Shown in pieces: positions 22,607-35,362 of a DNA stretch of 64,000 nucleotides. Each line of letters starts with the position of its first letter. Position 1 is the stretch's first letter. The DNA lies in assembly GCA_038087875.1 (NCBI GenBank), contig CM075992.1:9488001-9552000 (forward strand), written 5' to 3'. The position numbers were made by a program, and so were the translations under genes. The notes under the pieces were generated by a model that saw only the letters and a list, made by a program, of their open reading frames with translations, was not told the DNA's origin and searched no databases. The DNA comes from Malacoraja senta (lineage: Eukaryota).

Positions 22607-25312
22607 TTATTGTCACGTGGAAACACACAGTGACATTATTTTCTTACAAGCAATTCAGTTAAGCGTTGCCATACCTAATAAGCACATCCCCGATTAGCAA
22701 AAGTGTACAGAAATTGTCCACTGAGACCGCTTGCAAGAGGCACCTGGTTTTGGCACCATTTTCAAAGTCCAGTCCAGCTTGTAGGTTAATCGGCCATCTG
22801 TAACTTGCCCCTAGTGTGTAGGCAGTGGATGCGAAAGTTAGAAAACATAGAACTAGCGTGAACGAGTGGTCGATGGTCGGTGTGTGCTTGGCGACCTGTT
22901 TTCATGCTGTATCTTCAATTCAAAGAAGCTGATGGATTGCAGTGGGGTCTGCTTGGGAATACCCTTCATTCAAGTTCCCCCCTTTACTCATTCCTGGGGC
23001 AAGGGTCTCACCAGCACTGCCAGTACTTACCGAGTACTTAGAGACACAGCATGGACACATGCCCTTCAAAACCATTCTTCGTCAGTATGAAGAAGAATCT
23101 CGACCCGAAATGTCAGCCATTCCTTCTCTCCAGAGATGCTGCCTGTCCCGCTGAGTTGCTCCAGCATTTAGTGTCTAAGTCCGCGCTGACCATTGATCAC
23201 CCATTCACACTGGTTCTACCTTATCCAACTTTTCTTCCCCACTTCTGGCTCATCTTTAATTGGCTTGGAATTGGGGAAGCAGGTACGACTCTGAGCACAT
23301 TGGTGGCTGGAGTCACGTGCAGTGCAGACTGGGCAACTTTGGCAGAATTCCACACCCTGGAGAACCAGTCGTGAAGCAGATGAATTTATGATATTTTACC
23401 AGCGCTGTGCTGGACGTTTAACAGATTCACTTTGTGCAGTTAATAAATTTAATGTATTAAATTATGATGCTGCCATAGTGGGATTCGAGCTTCTGTGTCT
23501 TGACGAAACTGGGCCTGTACTCGCTGGAGTTTAGAAGAATGTGGGGGGACTTCATTGAAACGTACTGAATAGTGAAAGGCTTGGATAGAGTGGATGTGGA
23601 GAGGATGTTTCCACTATGACAATAGACAATAGACAATAGGTGCAGGAGTAGGCCATTCGGCCCTTCGAGCCAGCACCGCCATTCAATGTGATCATGGCTG
23701 ATCCCGCTGAGTTAGTCGGAGAGTCTAGGACTCCACTAGTGGGAGAGTCTAGGACTAGAGGTCAAAGCCTCAGAGTTAAAGGATGTTCTTTCTGGAAGGT
23801 GATGAGGAGGAATCTCTTTAGTCACAGTGTGGTGAATCTGTGGTATTCTTTGCCACAGAGGGCTGTGGAGGCCATCAGTGGATATATTTAAGGCAGAGAT
23901 AGATAGATTCTTATCCGACCAGTCCTTCTGTCTCCAACTACATTTTATCTCTGTTTGCTTTGTTGTTACCTTCTCCCAACTAACAATGATCTATTCTACA
24001 TTTGCCTTGATCCCCATTCCCTTTACCCTGTTTTCACATCTTACACTTCCTTATCAATGTGCCTCCCTCTCCCCTGACATCAGTCTGAAGAAGGGTCTCG
24101 ACCTGAAACGTCACCCATTCCTTCTCTCCAGAGATGCTGGCTGTCCCGCTGAGTTACTCCAGCATTTTGTGTCTATCTTAGATTCTTGATTAGTACGGGT
24201 GTCAGGGGTTATGGGGAGAAGGCAGGAGAATGGGGTTAGGAGGGAGAGATAGATCAGCCAGGATTGAATGGCGGAGTAGACTTGATGGGCCGAATTCTGC
24301 TCCTATTGCTTATGATCTTATGATCCATGGTCTCCAATGCTGACCACTTGGTCCTGTACATAATCACAATGCTGCTGGATTCCATCGGCACTTACAGTGG
24401 TCACATCCTAATCCTAAGGTTAGTGTCAAGACAAGTCCAGAGAGTTTATTGTCATGTGTCCCAGATAGGACAATTAAATTCTTGCTTTGCTTCAGCACAA
24501 CAGAGTATTGTAAGCATAAATACAGAACAGTTCAGTTCAATATACACAAATATAGTATAATGGACAGCATGGACTCGATGGGTGGAAGGGCCTGTTTCTG
24601 TGCCATCTGACTCTCTTTACAGACCTCAAATGAAAGCACTGGACTGACTGGTGATAAAGACTCAGCTGGTTTACTGATATCGTCCTAAGGGAAAGAAAGC
24701 CACCCTTTGTGTCTGTCAGATGCCCAAGCAGTGATCTAAGTGGGTCTTTGTAGCTCTCTCGAGAAGATCCAGCGAGCTATCCCCATTCTACAAAACTGCT
24801 CCAAAATTAGAAGTTGCTGCCCGTGTTCAAGGTGATGACACTTTTGCTCGGATAAAAGTATTGTACCCCACAAACAGCTTGTGCTGAAGTAACTCACCGG
24901 GTCGGGCAGCATCTGGGCAGGGAATCGATAGGCAACGTTTCGGGTCGGGACCCTTCTTCAGAATGATTGTGGTATTGAGGAAAGATAAGGAGAGAAGAAG
25001 GGTGATATGTGCTGTCAAGCTAGAGGGAGGGATATAGGTGGAAGGGACAAGAGAGGTGGGATCGTGGAAGAATCTGGTGCCTCATTTCCCTTCCCCATCC
25101 CCCTCCGCCCATATCCTTACCTCGTCATACCTCTTCTCTCCTTATCTGACACAGTTTGTCTCCTTTTCACCTCTATCCTGTGTCCACCCATCTGCCGATC
25201 AAAGCCCCTCTCACCTGTATCCACCCATCACTTAGACACAAGGGTAGGTCAGCGGGTCAGGCAGCATCTCTGGAAAAAAGGATTCAGGTGGAGACCCTTG
25301 TGCCTATCTTTG

Positions 25313-25512
25313 NNNNNNNNNNNNNNNNNNNNNNNNNNNNNNNNNNNNNNNNNNNNNNNNNNNNNNNNNNNNNNNNNNNNNNNNNNNNNNNNNNNNNNNN
25401 NNNNNNNNNNNNNNNNNNNNNNNNNNNNNNNNNNNNNNNNNNNNNNNNNNNNNNNNNNNNNNNNNNNNNNNNNNNNNNNNNNNNNNNNNNNNNNNNNNNN
25501 NNNNNNNNNNNN
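25313..25512. other. Assembly gap (200 N, probably arbitrary length)
   Basis: Run of exactly 200 N. Confidence 0.99.
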
Positions 25513-25620
25513 CGCCATGGGGGGCCCTACCAGGAGCATAGCTCCAGACGGCATCGCCCTCAGGATCTCAAGTCCACACAAGCTTCTCCACCACGACAAG
25601 GTGACAATCCACGGAGAAGA
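25513..25620 (-). mobile_element. 5' end/5' UTR of an RTE-clade LINE, running into the gap
   Basis: Minus strand reads caccttgtcgtggtggagaagcttgtgtgg...gatcctgag...gctatgctcctggtagggcccccatggcg, like the recalled 5' ends of Expander/Rex3-type RTE elements. Confidence 0.75.
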
Positions 25621-25705
25621 CGATATTGTAGAAGAAGTTGGACAAGGGTCAGGAGAGAGGAGGATGTGGAGATGACGGCTTGGTGCCATTTTAGGTCAAG
25701 TGTCC

Positions 25706-26492
25706 AATTACAATTACAATACCGTTTATTGTCATTTGAACCTCAAATGAAGTTCAAACTAAATTAGGTTTCTGCAGTGATACAACAAGAAGAAATAATT
25801 ACCAAGACACACAACCAACACAATTCACACAAACATCCATCACAGTGAATCTCCTCCTCACTGTGATGGAAGGCAAAGTCTTGTCTCTCCCCTGCACTCC
25901 ATTCTTCTCCCAACGTTAAAGCCTCCGGCGGCCGATGGCAAGTCCCGCGGCCGTTAAGGCTGCGCCGGGCGTTGTAAGGCCCCGCTCCGGGTCTTGATGT
26001 TGGAGCCCCCGGCGGGCGCTGGCAAGTCTCGTGGCCGTTAAAACCGGTTTCAACCCCGCAATTCGCGCGGGAGAAGTTGCCGTTGCGGGAGCTCCGAAAA
26101 GCGGTCTCCCACCAGGGACCTGCGAGCTCCCGATGTCACTGTCCACCGGGCCTGCAGCTGGAGCCTCCGAAGCTCCGGAGTTGGGTCGCAGCTGCGGGCC
26201 ATCACAGCTCTCCACGCTCCGAAGCCGGCCAGCTCCACGATGGTGGGTCCGCAGTCTCCGCGACTGGAGCCCCCAGGTCGTTCCGGTTGGAGGCCGCTCC
26301 ACAGTGCTAGGCCCCAACGACAACGGTGACCCGACAGGGAAAAGGTCGGGTCCCCCGTACAGGGAAAGTTCCCCCCCACATATACACATTTAAAAACAAT
26401 ATATAAACCACTACAAACTATACACTCAACGGGACAAAAACTGAAAAAAAGACGGACTGCAGAGGCCGCTGCGAACATCGGTCACACCGCCT
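25706..26492 (-). mobile_element. Non-coding, CpG-rich non-autonomous retroelement with a Rex/Babar-like 3' stem-loop and microsatellite tail
   Basis: Collinear with 54580-55439; tail aatgacaataaacggtattg(taattg)n; no RT ORF and no tRNA head. Confidence 0.7.
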
Positions 26493-27920
26493 CACAAACT
26501 GTCTGTATACAGAGAAATCTTTAAAGTCCTTTGTTGGACAAAAGTCATGTTTGAGGAGCATTTCCACATCTGCTCGCCTCTTTGAAGAGGTGCTTCCCAG
26601 CACGGCCCAATTTCATGTTGCTGTGTCCTAGTCTCCAAGGAAGAGTTGCTCTTCACCCCGTCTAATCCACTAGATAGTTGCCCGATTAAAGGCCCCCTTA
26701 ACCTTCTGTACTTGGTGGAATGTAAGTTGTGTGCACTCTGCCACTTCCCGCTGTTTAACCCTTTTGATCCTGCAATTGGACCGGTTATTTTCTGCTCCGT
26801 TCAATCCCAGTGAGTTACTAGCTTCTCCAGCTGTAGTTTAAAATCAGTTGTCCATCTGGAACCGACTACAGATCATGGTGCAAACAGCCAACCTCCATCT
26901 AAAACACAAAGGAAACCTCCAGCTTTTTATGGAGGGTATGGACAGATGATGCTTTGGGTCGGGACCCTTCTACAGATTAGTTTAGTTTTAGTTTAGAAAT
27001 GGAAGCTGGCTCTTCGGCCCACTGAGTCCACGCTGACCATCGATCACCTGTTCACTCTAGTTCTATGTTATCCCACTATAATGTGGCGACCCAGAACTAG
27101 TTCCAGCCGAGCTCTGCCCGAATGTTTTATTAAGTTGGAATTAGTGCAGCAGACGGAGCCACTGCCTCACAGAGCCAGAAATCCTGACCTTGGGTGCTGT
27201 CTGTGTGGAGTGTGCACGTTCTCCCTGTGACCACGTGGGCTTCGGCCGGGTGCTCCGGTTTCCTCCCACATCCCAAGGACGTGCGGGTTTGTAGGTTAAT
27301 TGCCCCCTAGTGTGCAGGGAGTGGATGAGAAAGTGGGATAACGAAACTAGTGTGATCGGGAGATGGATGGACAGCCTGGACTCGATGGGCTGAAGGGCCT
27401 GTTTCCATGCTGTATCCTCTAATCAATGAATCAATTATTTATATTGGTGATGATGGAATCTAGAGGGAGGAGATGTAAATGTGGAGAGAATTGGCAGCAG
27501 GTCACATGAGTGGGGAATGGGATTGCTGTGAGCCTTCATGGGGTGAAGTAGGGGCATGTAGATGATCAATCTCTCTGTCTCTCCAGCTCCCTTTTCTCCT
27601 CCGTGATTGTCTAAAGCCTACTGGTTTGATCAGTCTGAAGAAGGGTCGCGACCCAAAATCTCGCGCATTCTTCTCTCTAGAGATGCTGCCTGTCCCGCTG
27701 AGTTACTCCAGCATGTCGTGTCTATATCCCCGGTTTGACTAGGCCTCTTGTCCCTGTTCAACACACCCTTGTGTGGCCTGGAGTCAATTATTTGAGTGGT
27801 AATGCTCCTGTGGAACAGCTTTAGACTTTAGAGATACAGCGGGGAAACAGGCCCTTCGGCCCACCGACCAGTAATCACCCCGCACAATAACATTATCCTA
27901 CACACTAGGGACTATTTACA

Positions 27921-28283
27921 ATTTTTTTATTTAAAAAAAATAATATTTTATTTATTAGAAGTAATGTACATAAGCCAAAAATAACATAATACATTTCCTG
28001 TACCACTTCTTGTTTTGAACTTTAAGAAGGAGAAGAATAGAGAAAGTTAGATAAGATAGTAAGTGCGTGAAAGAGTGATCAGGAAAAACCCGCAGAAACG
28101 TAAAACACGAGAACGAGTAAAAAAGAAAACCAAAGGAAAAGAAAGAGAAAAATAGAAAACAGAAGATATAAGAAAGTAATATAAGATAAAAGGGATGTAC
28201 CTACTCCTTATCTTTACACACCCCTCACCAGGTCCTGAAACAATTTATTTTCAAAGGTATGTTGCACCCTATGCTTGTAACAA
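27921..28283 (-). mobile_element. L1-clade 3' UTR fragment inserted in an HE1 SINE
   Basis: T-rich tail, with similarity to the 3' part of the 10209-10906 element (tagggtgcaa, ttacttctaataaataaaa). The SINE continues on both sides. Confidence 0.7.
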
Positions 28284-28887
28284 TTTAAACAAAGCCTATT
28301 AACCTGCAAACCTGGACGTCTTTGGAGTGTGGGATGAAACCGGAGCACCGGGAGAAATCCCACGGGGTCATGGGGAGAACGTGCAAACTCCGTACAGACA
28401 GCACCCGTGGTCAGGATTGATCCCGAGTCTCTGGCGCTGTGAGGCAGCAACTCTACCGCTGCGCAATCAGGCGGCCTTTAGTGCTACATAACACAAGACT
28501 TTCTTTGACTGATCAATTGATATTTATAATATAAATGCGGCAGAGAAGGTTAATAATGTGACATTGAGGGTCGACCTGATAGAAGTAAAATAGAAATGAT
28601 GTGATGCATAAATAGGGTGGGAAGTCAGAACCTTTTCCCAGGGTAGAAATGTCAAAGACTAAGAGGGCACAGCTTTAAGGTGAGAGGGGCAAAGTTTAAA
28701 GATGTGCGTGGTAGTTTTTTTTACACAGGGTGGTGGGTGCTGGGACACGCTGCCAGGGGTGGTGGTGGAGGCAGATACGATAGTGGTGTTTAAGAGTCTT
28801 TTTGATAGTTATGCATGGAATGGAGGGATATGGATCACATATGGGTAGAGAAGATTAGTATAGGAAGGAACTGCAGTTGCTGGTTTA

Positions 28888-29310
28888 TAGACAATAGACA
28901 ATAGGTGCAGGAGTAGGCCATTCGGCCCTTCGAGCCAGCACCGCCATTCAATGTGATCATGCCTGATCATCCCCAATCAGTGCCCCGTTCCTGCCTTCTC
29001 CCCATATCCCCTGACTCCGCTATCTTTAAGAGCCCTATCTATCTCTCTCTTGAAAGCATCCAGAGAACCGGCCTCCACCGCCCTCTGAGGCAGAGAATTC
29101 CACAGACTCACCACTCTCTGTGAGAAAAAGTGTTTCCTCGTCTCCGTTCTAAACGGCTTACTCCTTATTCTTAAACTGTGGCCCCTGGTTCTGGACTCCC
29201 CCAACATCGGGAACATGTTTCCTGCCTCTTGCAAGTATCCAGAGAACCGGCCTCCACCGTCCTCTGGGGCAAAGAATCCCACAGACTCACAACTCTCAGT
29301 GTGAAAAAGA
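28888..29310 (-). mobile_element. CR1/HER1 3' fragment, young subfamily with (attgtct)n tail (also about 1347-1556, 4122-4422, 6316-6576, 45150-45415, 48490-48880, 50986-51432, 52127-52555, 58113-58703)
   Basis: Near-identical ...FKRELDRALKxSGVRGYGEKAGTGY* plus 3' UTR. Confidence 0.9.
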
Positions 29311-29377
29311 TTTACACTGAAGATAGACACAACATGCTGGAATAACTCAGCAGGACAGGCAGCATCTGTAAATTTAA

Positions 29378-29572
<195 letters not shown>

Positions 29573-30009
29573 TGAATTAACGCCAAGATTGTCCCTGGTC
29601 ACCCTGCTTAAACCCTCCTAAATGGCCTACCCCTTATTCTTAAACTATGACCCCTGGTTCTGGACTCCCCCAACATCGGGAACATTTTTCCTGCCTGTCC
29701 AATCCTGTAATAATTTTATGTCTCTATAACATCCTCTCTCATCTTTCTAAATTCCAGTGAATATAAGCCCAGTTGATCTGTTCTTTCATTATTTGTCAGT
29801 CCCGCCATGGAATATGTCCATTGCACACATATCAATGATGAATTCACTTGTAAAGTGCTTAATGATTTCTATGGTCACTTTGAATGCGCTGAGCTTGTGA
29901 GAGAGGATTACAAATACAGATTTTGTACATACTAGGTTATCACAGAGATTAGATGCCTCTCATTCCTTGCTGAATGCTTTTGACAAGAAGAAATGTTCAA
30001 AAACGCTTA

Positions 30010-30332
30010 AGGCCCTGTCCCACTTTCCCGAGTTACTCACGAATTCTCCCGAGTTTTCCCCTTGCTTCAAACTCGGAGAATGTCCGTAGCGAGTCGGTAG
30101 GAGTCTGTAGCGAGTCTGTAGGAGGCCATATGCGTCCGTAGATATTTCGTAGCGGCTCGTAATGCCAGCCGTAGGCACTCGGGGCATCAGGTAAGTCGGG
30201 ACGTTTTTTTCAGCATGTTGAAAAATGTCCACGTGTAAAAAATAGCCCCGAGTACCTACGGCTGGCATCTCCGAGTTTGAATCAAGGGGAAAACTCGGGA
30301 GAATTCGTGAGTAACTCGGGAAAGTGGGACAG
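30010..30332. mobile_element. PIF/Harbinger-type MITE, subfamily A (right terminus clipped)
   Basis: tta-aggccctgtcccactttcccgag ... ctcgggaaagtgggacag. Confidence 0.8.
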
Positions 30333-30635
30333 TAAAGGGTGACACAGTGGCATAGCTGGTAGAGCTTCTGCCTCACGGCGTAACTCTTAAATCCTGACCT
30401 TGGGGGTTGTCTGTGTGGAGTTTGCATGTTCTCTCCGTGAATTTGTGGGTTTTTTCCCAAAGACGTGCGAGTTTGCAGGTTAATTGGCCTCTGTAACTTT
30501 CCCCCAATGTGTCAGGAGTCGATCAGACAAAGATCTGGTATGAACAGATGATTGATGGTTGGCCTGGACTTGGTGGGCCAAAGGGCCTGTAAATTTATCT
30601 AACTAAGAATTTCATTGGCAGAATATTATATGTAC

Positions 30636-31356
30636 AACGGGATCTGGGGGTCCTTGTTCATCAGTCTATGAAAGTAAGCATGCAGGTGCAGCAGGCGGTG
30701 AAGAAAGCGAATGGCATGTTGGCCTCTATAACAAGAGGAGTTGAGTATAGGAGCAAAGAGGTCCTTCTGCAGTTGTACAGGGCCCCAGTGAGATCACACC
30801 TGAAGTATTGTGTGCAGTTTTGGTCTCCTAATTTGAGGAAGGACATTCTTGCTATTGAGGGAGTGCAGCATAGGTTTACAAGGTTAATTCCCGGGATGGC
30901 GGGACTGTCATATGCTGAGAGAATGGAGCAGCTGGGCTTGTACACTCTGGAGTTTAGAAGGATGAGGGGGATCCCATTGAAACATATAAGATTGTTAAGG
31001 ACTTGGACATGCTAGAGGCAGGAAACATGTTCCAGATGTTGGGGGAGTCCAGAACCAGGGGCCACAGTTTAAGAATAAGGAGTAAGCCATTTAGAACGGA
31101 GACAAGGAAACACTTTTTCTCATAGAGAGTGGTGAGTCTGTGGAATTCTCTGCCTCAGAGGGCGGTGGAGGCAGGTTCTCTGGATGCTTTCAAGAGAGAG
31201 CTAGATAGGGCTCTTAAAAATAGCGGAGTCAGGGGCTATGGAGAGAATGCAGGAATGGGGTACTGATTGGGGATGATCAGCCATGATTACATTGAATGGC
31301 GGTGTTGGCTCGAAGGGCCGAATGGCCTACTCCTGCACCTATTGTCTATTGTCTAT
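30636..31356 (+). mobile_element. CR1/HER1 3' fragment
   Basis: QVQQAVKKANGMLA...HLKYCVQFWSP...; (attgtct)n tail. Confidence 0.92.
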
Positions 31357-32139
31357 TCTCTATTATAAGCATTGGTAAAACTGTTAATTGAGCTCTGAGT
31401 GAGGAAGAGCATAATTCTAAATTCAATATCTTTAATTGTATGAGAAAATATTCAGCTGAAAATGTTGACAATAACCTGCAGATGTTGGAATCTTTTTGAA
31501 AGCTCAAAGTACTGAAGGAACTCAGCGGGTCGGGCAGCATCTTTGATGGCAGTGGACAGATGGTATTTTGGATTGGGACTTTTCTTCAGATTGATCGGAG
31601 CAATCTCTCTGAAGAAGTGTCCCGACCCAAAACATTGTCCATTCCCTTCACATGTGTTAAAGACAGACACAAAGTGCTGGAGTAACTCAGTGGGTCAGGC
31701 AGCATTTCTAGAGAAAAAGGAATAGGTGATGATGTGGGTCGAGACCCTTCTTCAGACTGAAAGTAAGGGTAGAGGGGGGAAAGTCCAGGTCAAATCAGGG
31801 TTGACAACAGATGATCTCAGGCAAGATGGTTCTCTGGTTGGCCCCTCCTTACCCCCCCCCCCCAATGCCCTTACTTTCAGTCTGAAGAAATGTAATGACC
31901 CAAAATGTCACCATTCCTTCTCTCCAGAGATGCTGCCTGTCCTCCAGCACTTTGTGTCTATCTTCGGTGTAAGCCAGCATCTGCAGTTCCTTTCTACACA
32001 CTGATTGATTAACACCTCTTCCATGGTTCTAACCATTCATACTGCCCACCACTGGAGCACCTTGTCTGAAACAGTTCCTTCTATACCTACACTGCACTAC
32101 CTCCCGAGGGCAGTATGTGTCTTGGGGGCATCTATCAAG

Positions 32140-32765
32140 AAGTCAAGTCAAGAGTCAAGAGAGTTTATTGTCATGTGTCCCAGATAGGACAATGAAATTC
32201 TTGCTTGCTGCAGCACAATAGAGTATTGTAGGCATAAATACCGAACAGTTCAGTGTGTCTATATACCATAGACCATATATATACATATAAATAAACAGAT
32301 AAAGTGCAATAGGCTGTTATAGTTCAGAGTTTGTTTGATGTTATGTTTAATAGTCTGATGGCTGTGGGGAAGCAGCTATTCCTGAACCTGGATGTACCAG
32401 ATTTCAGGCTCCTGTACCTTCTACCTGATGACAGCGGAGAGATGAGTGTGTGGCCAGAATGGTGTGGGTCTCTGATGATGTTGGCAGCCTTGTTGAGGCA
32501 GCGACTGCGATAGATCCCTTCGATGGTGGGGAGGTCAGAACCGATGATGGACTGGGCAGTGGTCACAACTTTCTGCATTCTTTTCCGCTCCTGGACGTTC
32601 AAGTTGCCGAACCAAGCCACGATGCAACCGGTCAGCATGCTCTCTACTGTGCACCTGTAGAAGTTAGAGAGAGTCCTCCTTGACAAACCGACTCTCCGTA
32701 ATCTTCTCAGGAAGTAGAGGCGCTGATGTGCTTTCTTTACAATTGCATCAGTGTTCTGGGACCAG
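32140..32765 (-). mobile_element. Rex1/Babar-type LINE 3' fragment
   Basis: ORF NFYRCTVESMLTGCIVAWFG...[30 protein letters not shown]; tail gacaataaa(ctcttga)n. Confidence 0.85.
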
Positions 32766-32894
32766 GAAAGTGGGACCAGTCATGTGACCTTCAGCAGTTC
32801 ATGGTGGTGACCCATTGTCACTCTGCTGGGTAATTAAATACTGGTTTTAACAATAGATAACTGAATATAAAATAATGACATTGATAAGACATGA

Positions 32895-32984
<90 letters not shown>

Positions 32985-33112
32985 TGAGTTAACATATTTC
33001 ATTCTGATTTTTGTCAGGCAATATCCTCCCCTCCTGAAAGTCTGTTCTTCCTTTGGTTCCCTGTCGTAAACCTTCCTGCTTTGTCGACAATTTTGTTTAA
33101 CCCTCATAATCC

Positions 33113-33587
33113 TAAGACCACATCTGAGTATTGTGTACGATTTTGGTCTCCTAATTTGAGGAAGGACATCCTTGTGATTGAGGCAGTGCAGCGTAGGTTC
33201 ACGAGATTGATCCCTGGGATGGCGGGACTGTCATGTAAGGAAAGATTGCAAAGACTAGGCTTGTATTCACTGGAGTTTAGAAGGATGAGTGGGGGGGGGG
33301 GGGGTTCTTATAGAAACATATAAAATTATAAAAGGACTGGACAGGCTAGATGCAGGAAAAATGTTCCCAATGTTGGGCCAGTCTTAGAATAAAGGGGAGG
33401 CCATTTAAGGCTGAGGTGAGAAAAAACTTTTTCACCCAGAGAGTTGTGAATTTGTGGAATTCCCTGCCACAGAGGGCAGTGGAGGCCAAATCATTGGATG
33501 GATTTAAGAGAGAGTTAGATAGAGCTCAAGGGGCAGGAATGACGGAGAAGGCAGGCACGGGTTATTGATTGGGGACGATCAGCCATC
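33113..33587 (+). mobile_element. CR1 3' fragment
   Basis: EYCVRFWSPNLRKDI...FFTQRVVNLWNSLP. Confidence 0.88.
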
Positions 33588-34619
33588 AGGGGGCAGGAGT
33601 GACGGAGAGGGTGGGAGTGTCAGGCGCAAATAGTGAAAGAACACTGACGATGCTTAGAGAATGTAGAGAAACAAGTTTATTTATTAGCAAGTCTGCAGAG
33701 TTGGAAAAAGAAGGCAGGCACGGGTTATTGATTGGGGACGATCAGCCATCAGTGGGCAGGAGTGACGGAGAGGGCGGGAGTAACAGTGGCTGGCGTGACT
33801 GTGCAGGAGTTAAGAGGGGGCAGGAGTTAAAGGGGGCAGTAGTGATGGGGGGGGGGGGAAGGGCAGGAACGACGCGGGTGGGCTGGAATAATGCCGTGTA
33901 ACTTTGGCCCAAATCGTCCCGGCTGAACTCGGAGTGAATGGGAGGGGGGGAGGGGGGGGCAGGAGAGACGGGGGTGGGGGGGGGAGCAGGAGTGACAGAG
34001 GGGGGGAGGGGGGCAGGATTAATGCAGTGTCACTTCGGCCCAACTTGTCCATGCTGACCTAGATGCCCCATCTTAGCTAGTCCCTTTTGCCCGCATTTGG
34101 CCCATATCCCTGTAAACCCTTCCTATCCATGTACCTGTCCAAGTGTCTTTTAAATGCTATTATAGTCCCTGCCTCAACTACCTCCTCTGGCAGCTTGTTC
34201 CATACACCCACCACCCTCTGTGTGAAAACGTTTCCCTCAGGTTCCTATTAAATCTTGCCCGTCTCATCTTCGACCCATGTCTTCTGGTTCCTGATTCCCT
34301 TACTCTGGGTAAATGTTGGTTCATCCTATCTCTTTCCCTCTTGATTAAAGAACGGTCTCATAGCATTAAATCGTTCTGCCCTATCCTTTCAATTTGTTCC
34401 TAGCCAACTAATGGGCTAGCGTAGATGGGGCTCCTTGGTGGGCATGAATAAATTGGGCCGAATGGCCTGCTTGACTGTATGACTATGAAGGATGAATTTA
34501 TCAGGCTGCTTTTCTACAGCACTACTTGGAATTGTATGGATCTTTGATTATTTTTGACGTTCCATTCTCACTTGAGGTCCATTGACTAACAATCCTTGTT
34601 GTTGCTTTTTTCTTGGCAG

Positions 34620-34719
34620 AGAGCTGCATAACTTCATGCAGTCAAATCTCTTCAGCAAAGGACCCAATCATTATCACTTGGAAGGAGGCATTAATCTGGG
34701 AATTGGGGCGTTTAACCTG
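34620..34719 (+). CDS. TTC39A: TTC39A coding exon (100 nt), ELHNFMQSNLFSKGPNHYHLEGGINLGIGAFNL
   Basis: Branch-point-like gactaac at 34584-34590, acceptor tttttcttggcag, donor ctg|gtaaga. Confidence 0.95.
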
Positions 34720-34828
34720 GTAAGACTAGAACCTCCAACTACATGTCCCTTGATTCTCTCAATACCCCCATCGTCTATCGATCCTGCCTTGACAATAGGC
34801 AGTGACTGCGCTTCCAAAGCCTGCCTTA

Positions 34829-35063
34829 AGGGCCTGTCCCACTTGGCGATTTTTTTGGCGACTGCCGGCATCATTGACTGATGTATCGGGTCACCGAAAA
34901 ATTCGCGGCGTGATGTGGCGTGATGACGTATGACGCGCGGTGTTTTTTCAAGTGTCAGAACATTTTTTTTGTCACCGCTGGATTTTGTAATGTTCAAAAT
35001 CTGTTGGCGACACTGATATGACGCCGGCAGTCGCCAAAAAAATCACCAAGTGGGACAGGCCCT
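34829..35063. mobile_element. PIF/Harbinger-type MITE, about 110 nt downstream of a TTC39A exon
   Basis: About 45-bp TIR agggcctgtcccacttggcgatttttttggcgactgccggc; left flank TTA. Confidence 0.85.
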
Positions 35064-35074
35064 TTCAGAGAGAA

Positions 35075-35362
35075 GGTGACGCGGCGGTACAGCGCCAGGG
35101 ACCCGGGTTCGGTCCTGACTACGGGTGCTGTCTGTACGGAGTTTGTACGCTCTCCATGTGACCTGCGTGGGTTTTCTCCGAGATCTTCGGTTTCCTCCCA
35201 CACTCCAAAGACGTGCAGGTCTGTAGGTTAATTGGCTTGATGTAAATGTAAAATTGTCCCTAGTGTGTGTAGGATAGTGTTAGTGTGCAGGGATCGCTGG
35301 TCGGTTGCGGACTCGGTGGGCCGAAGGGCCTGTTTCTGTGCCGTATCTCTAAACTAAACTAA
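35075..35362 (+). mobile_element. HE1-type SINE
   Basis: SINE core and (taaac)n tail. Confidence 0.85.

Noticed and set aside
24754..24831. AG...GT-bounded open segment as candidate for the missing TTC39A exon
   Set aside because: It is 78 nt (3n), not 3n+2. The required frame gives SLEKIQRAIPIL... with no TTC39A similarity, and the donor (gtgatg) is weak.
25007..25767. Long ORFs containing X runs
   Set aside because: Artefacts of reading through the N gap.
26831..26935. Another open AG...GT segment in the same intron
   Set aside because: Wrong end phase and no similarity to the expected RRKSS...FTE peptide.
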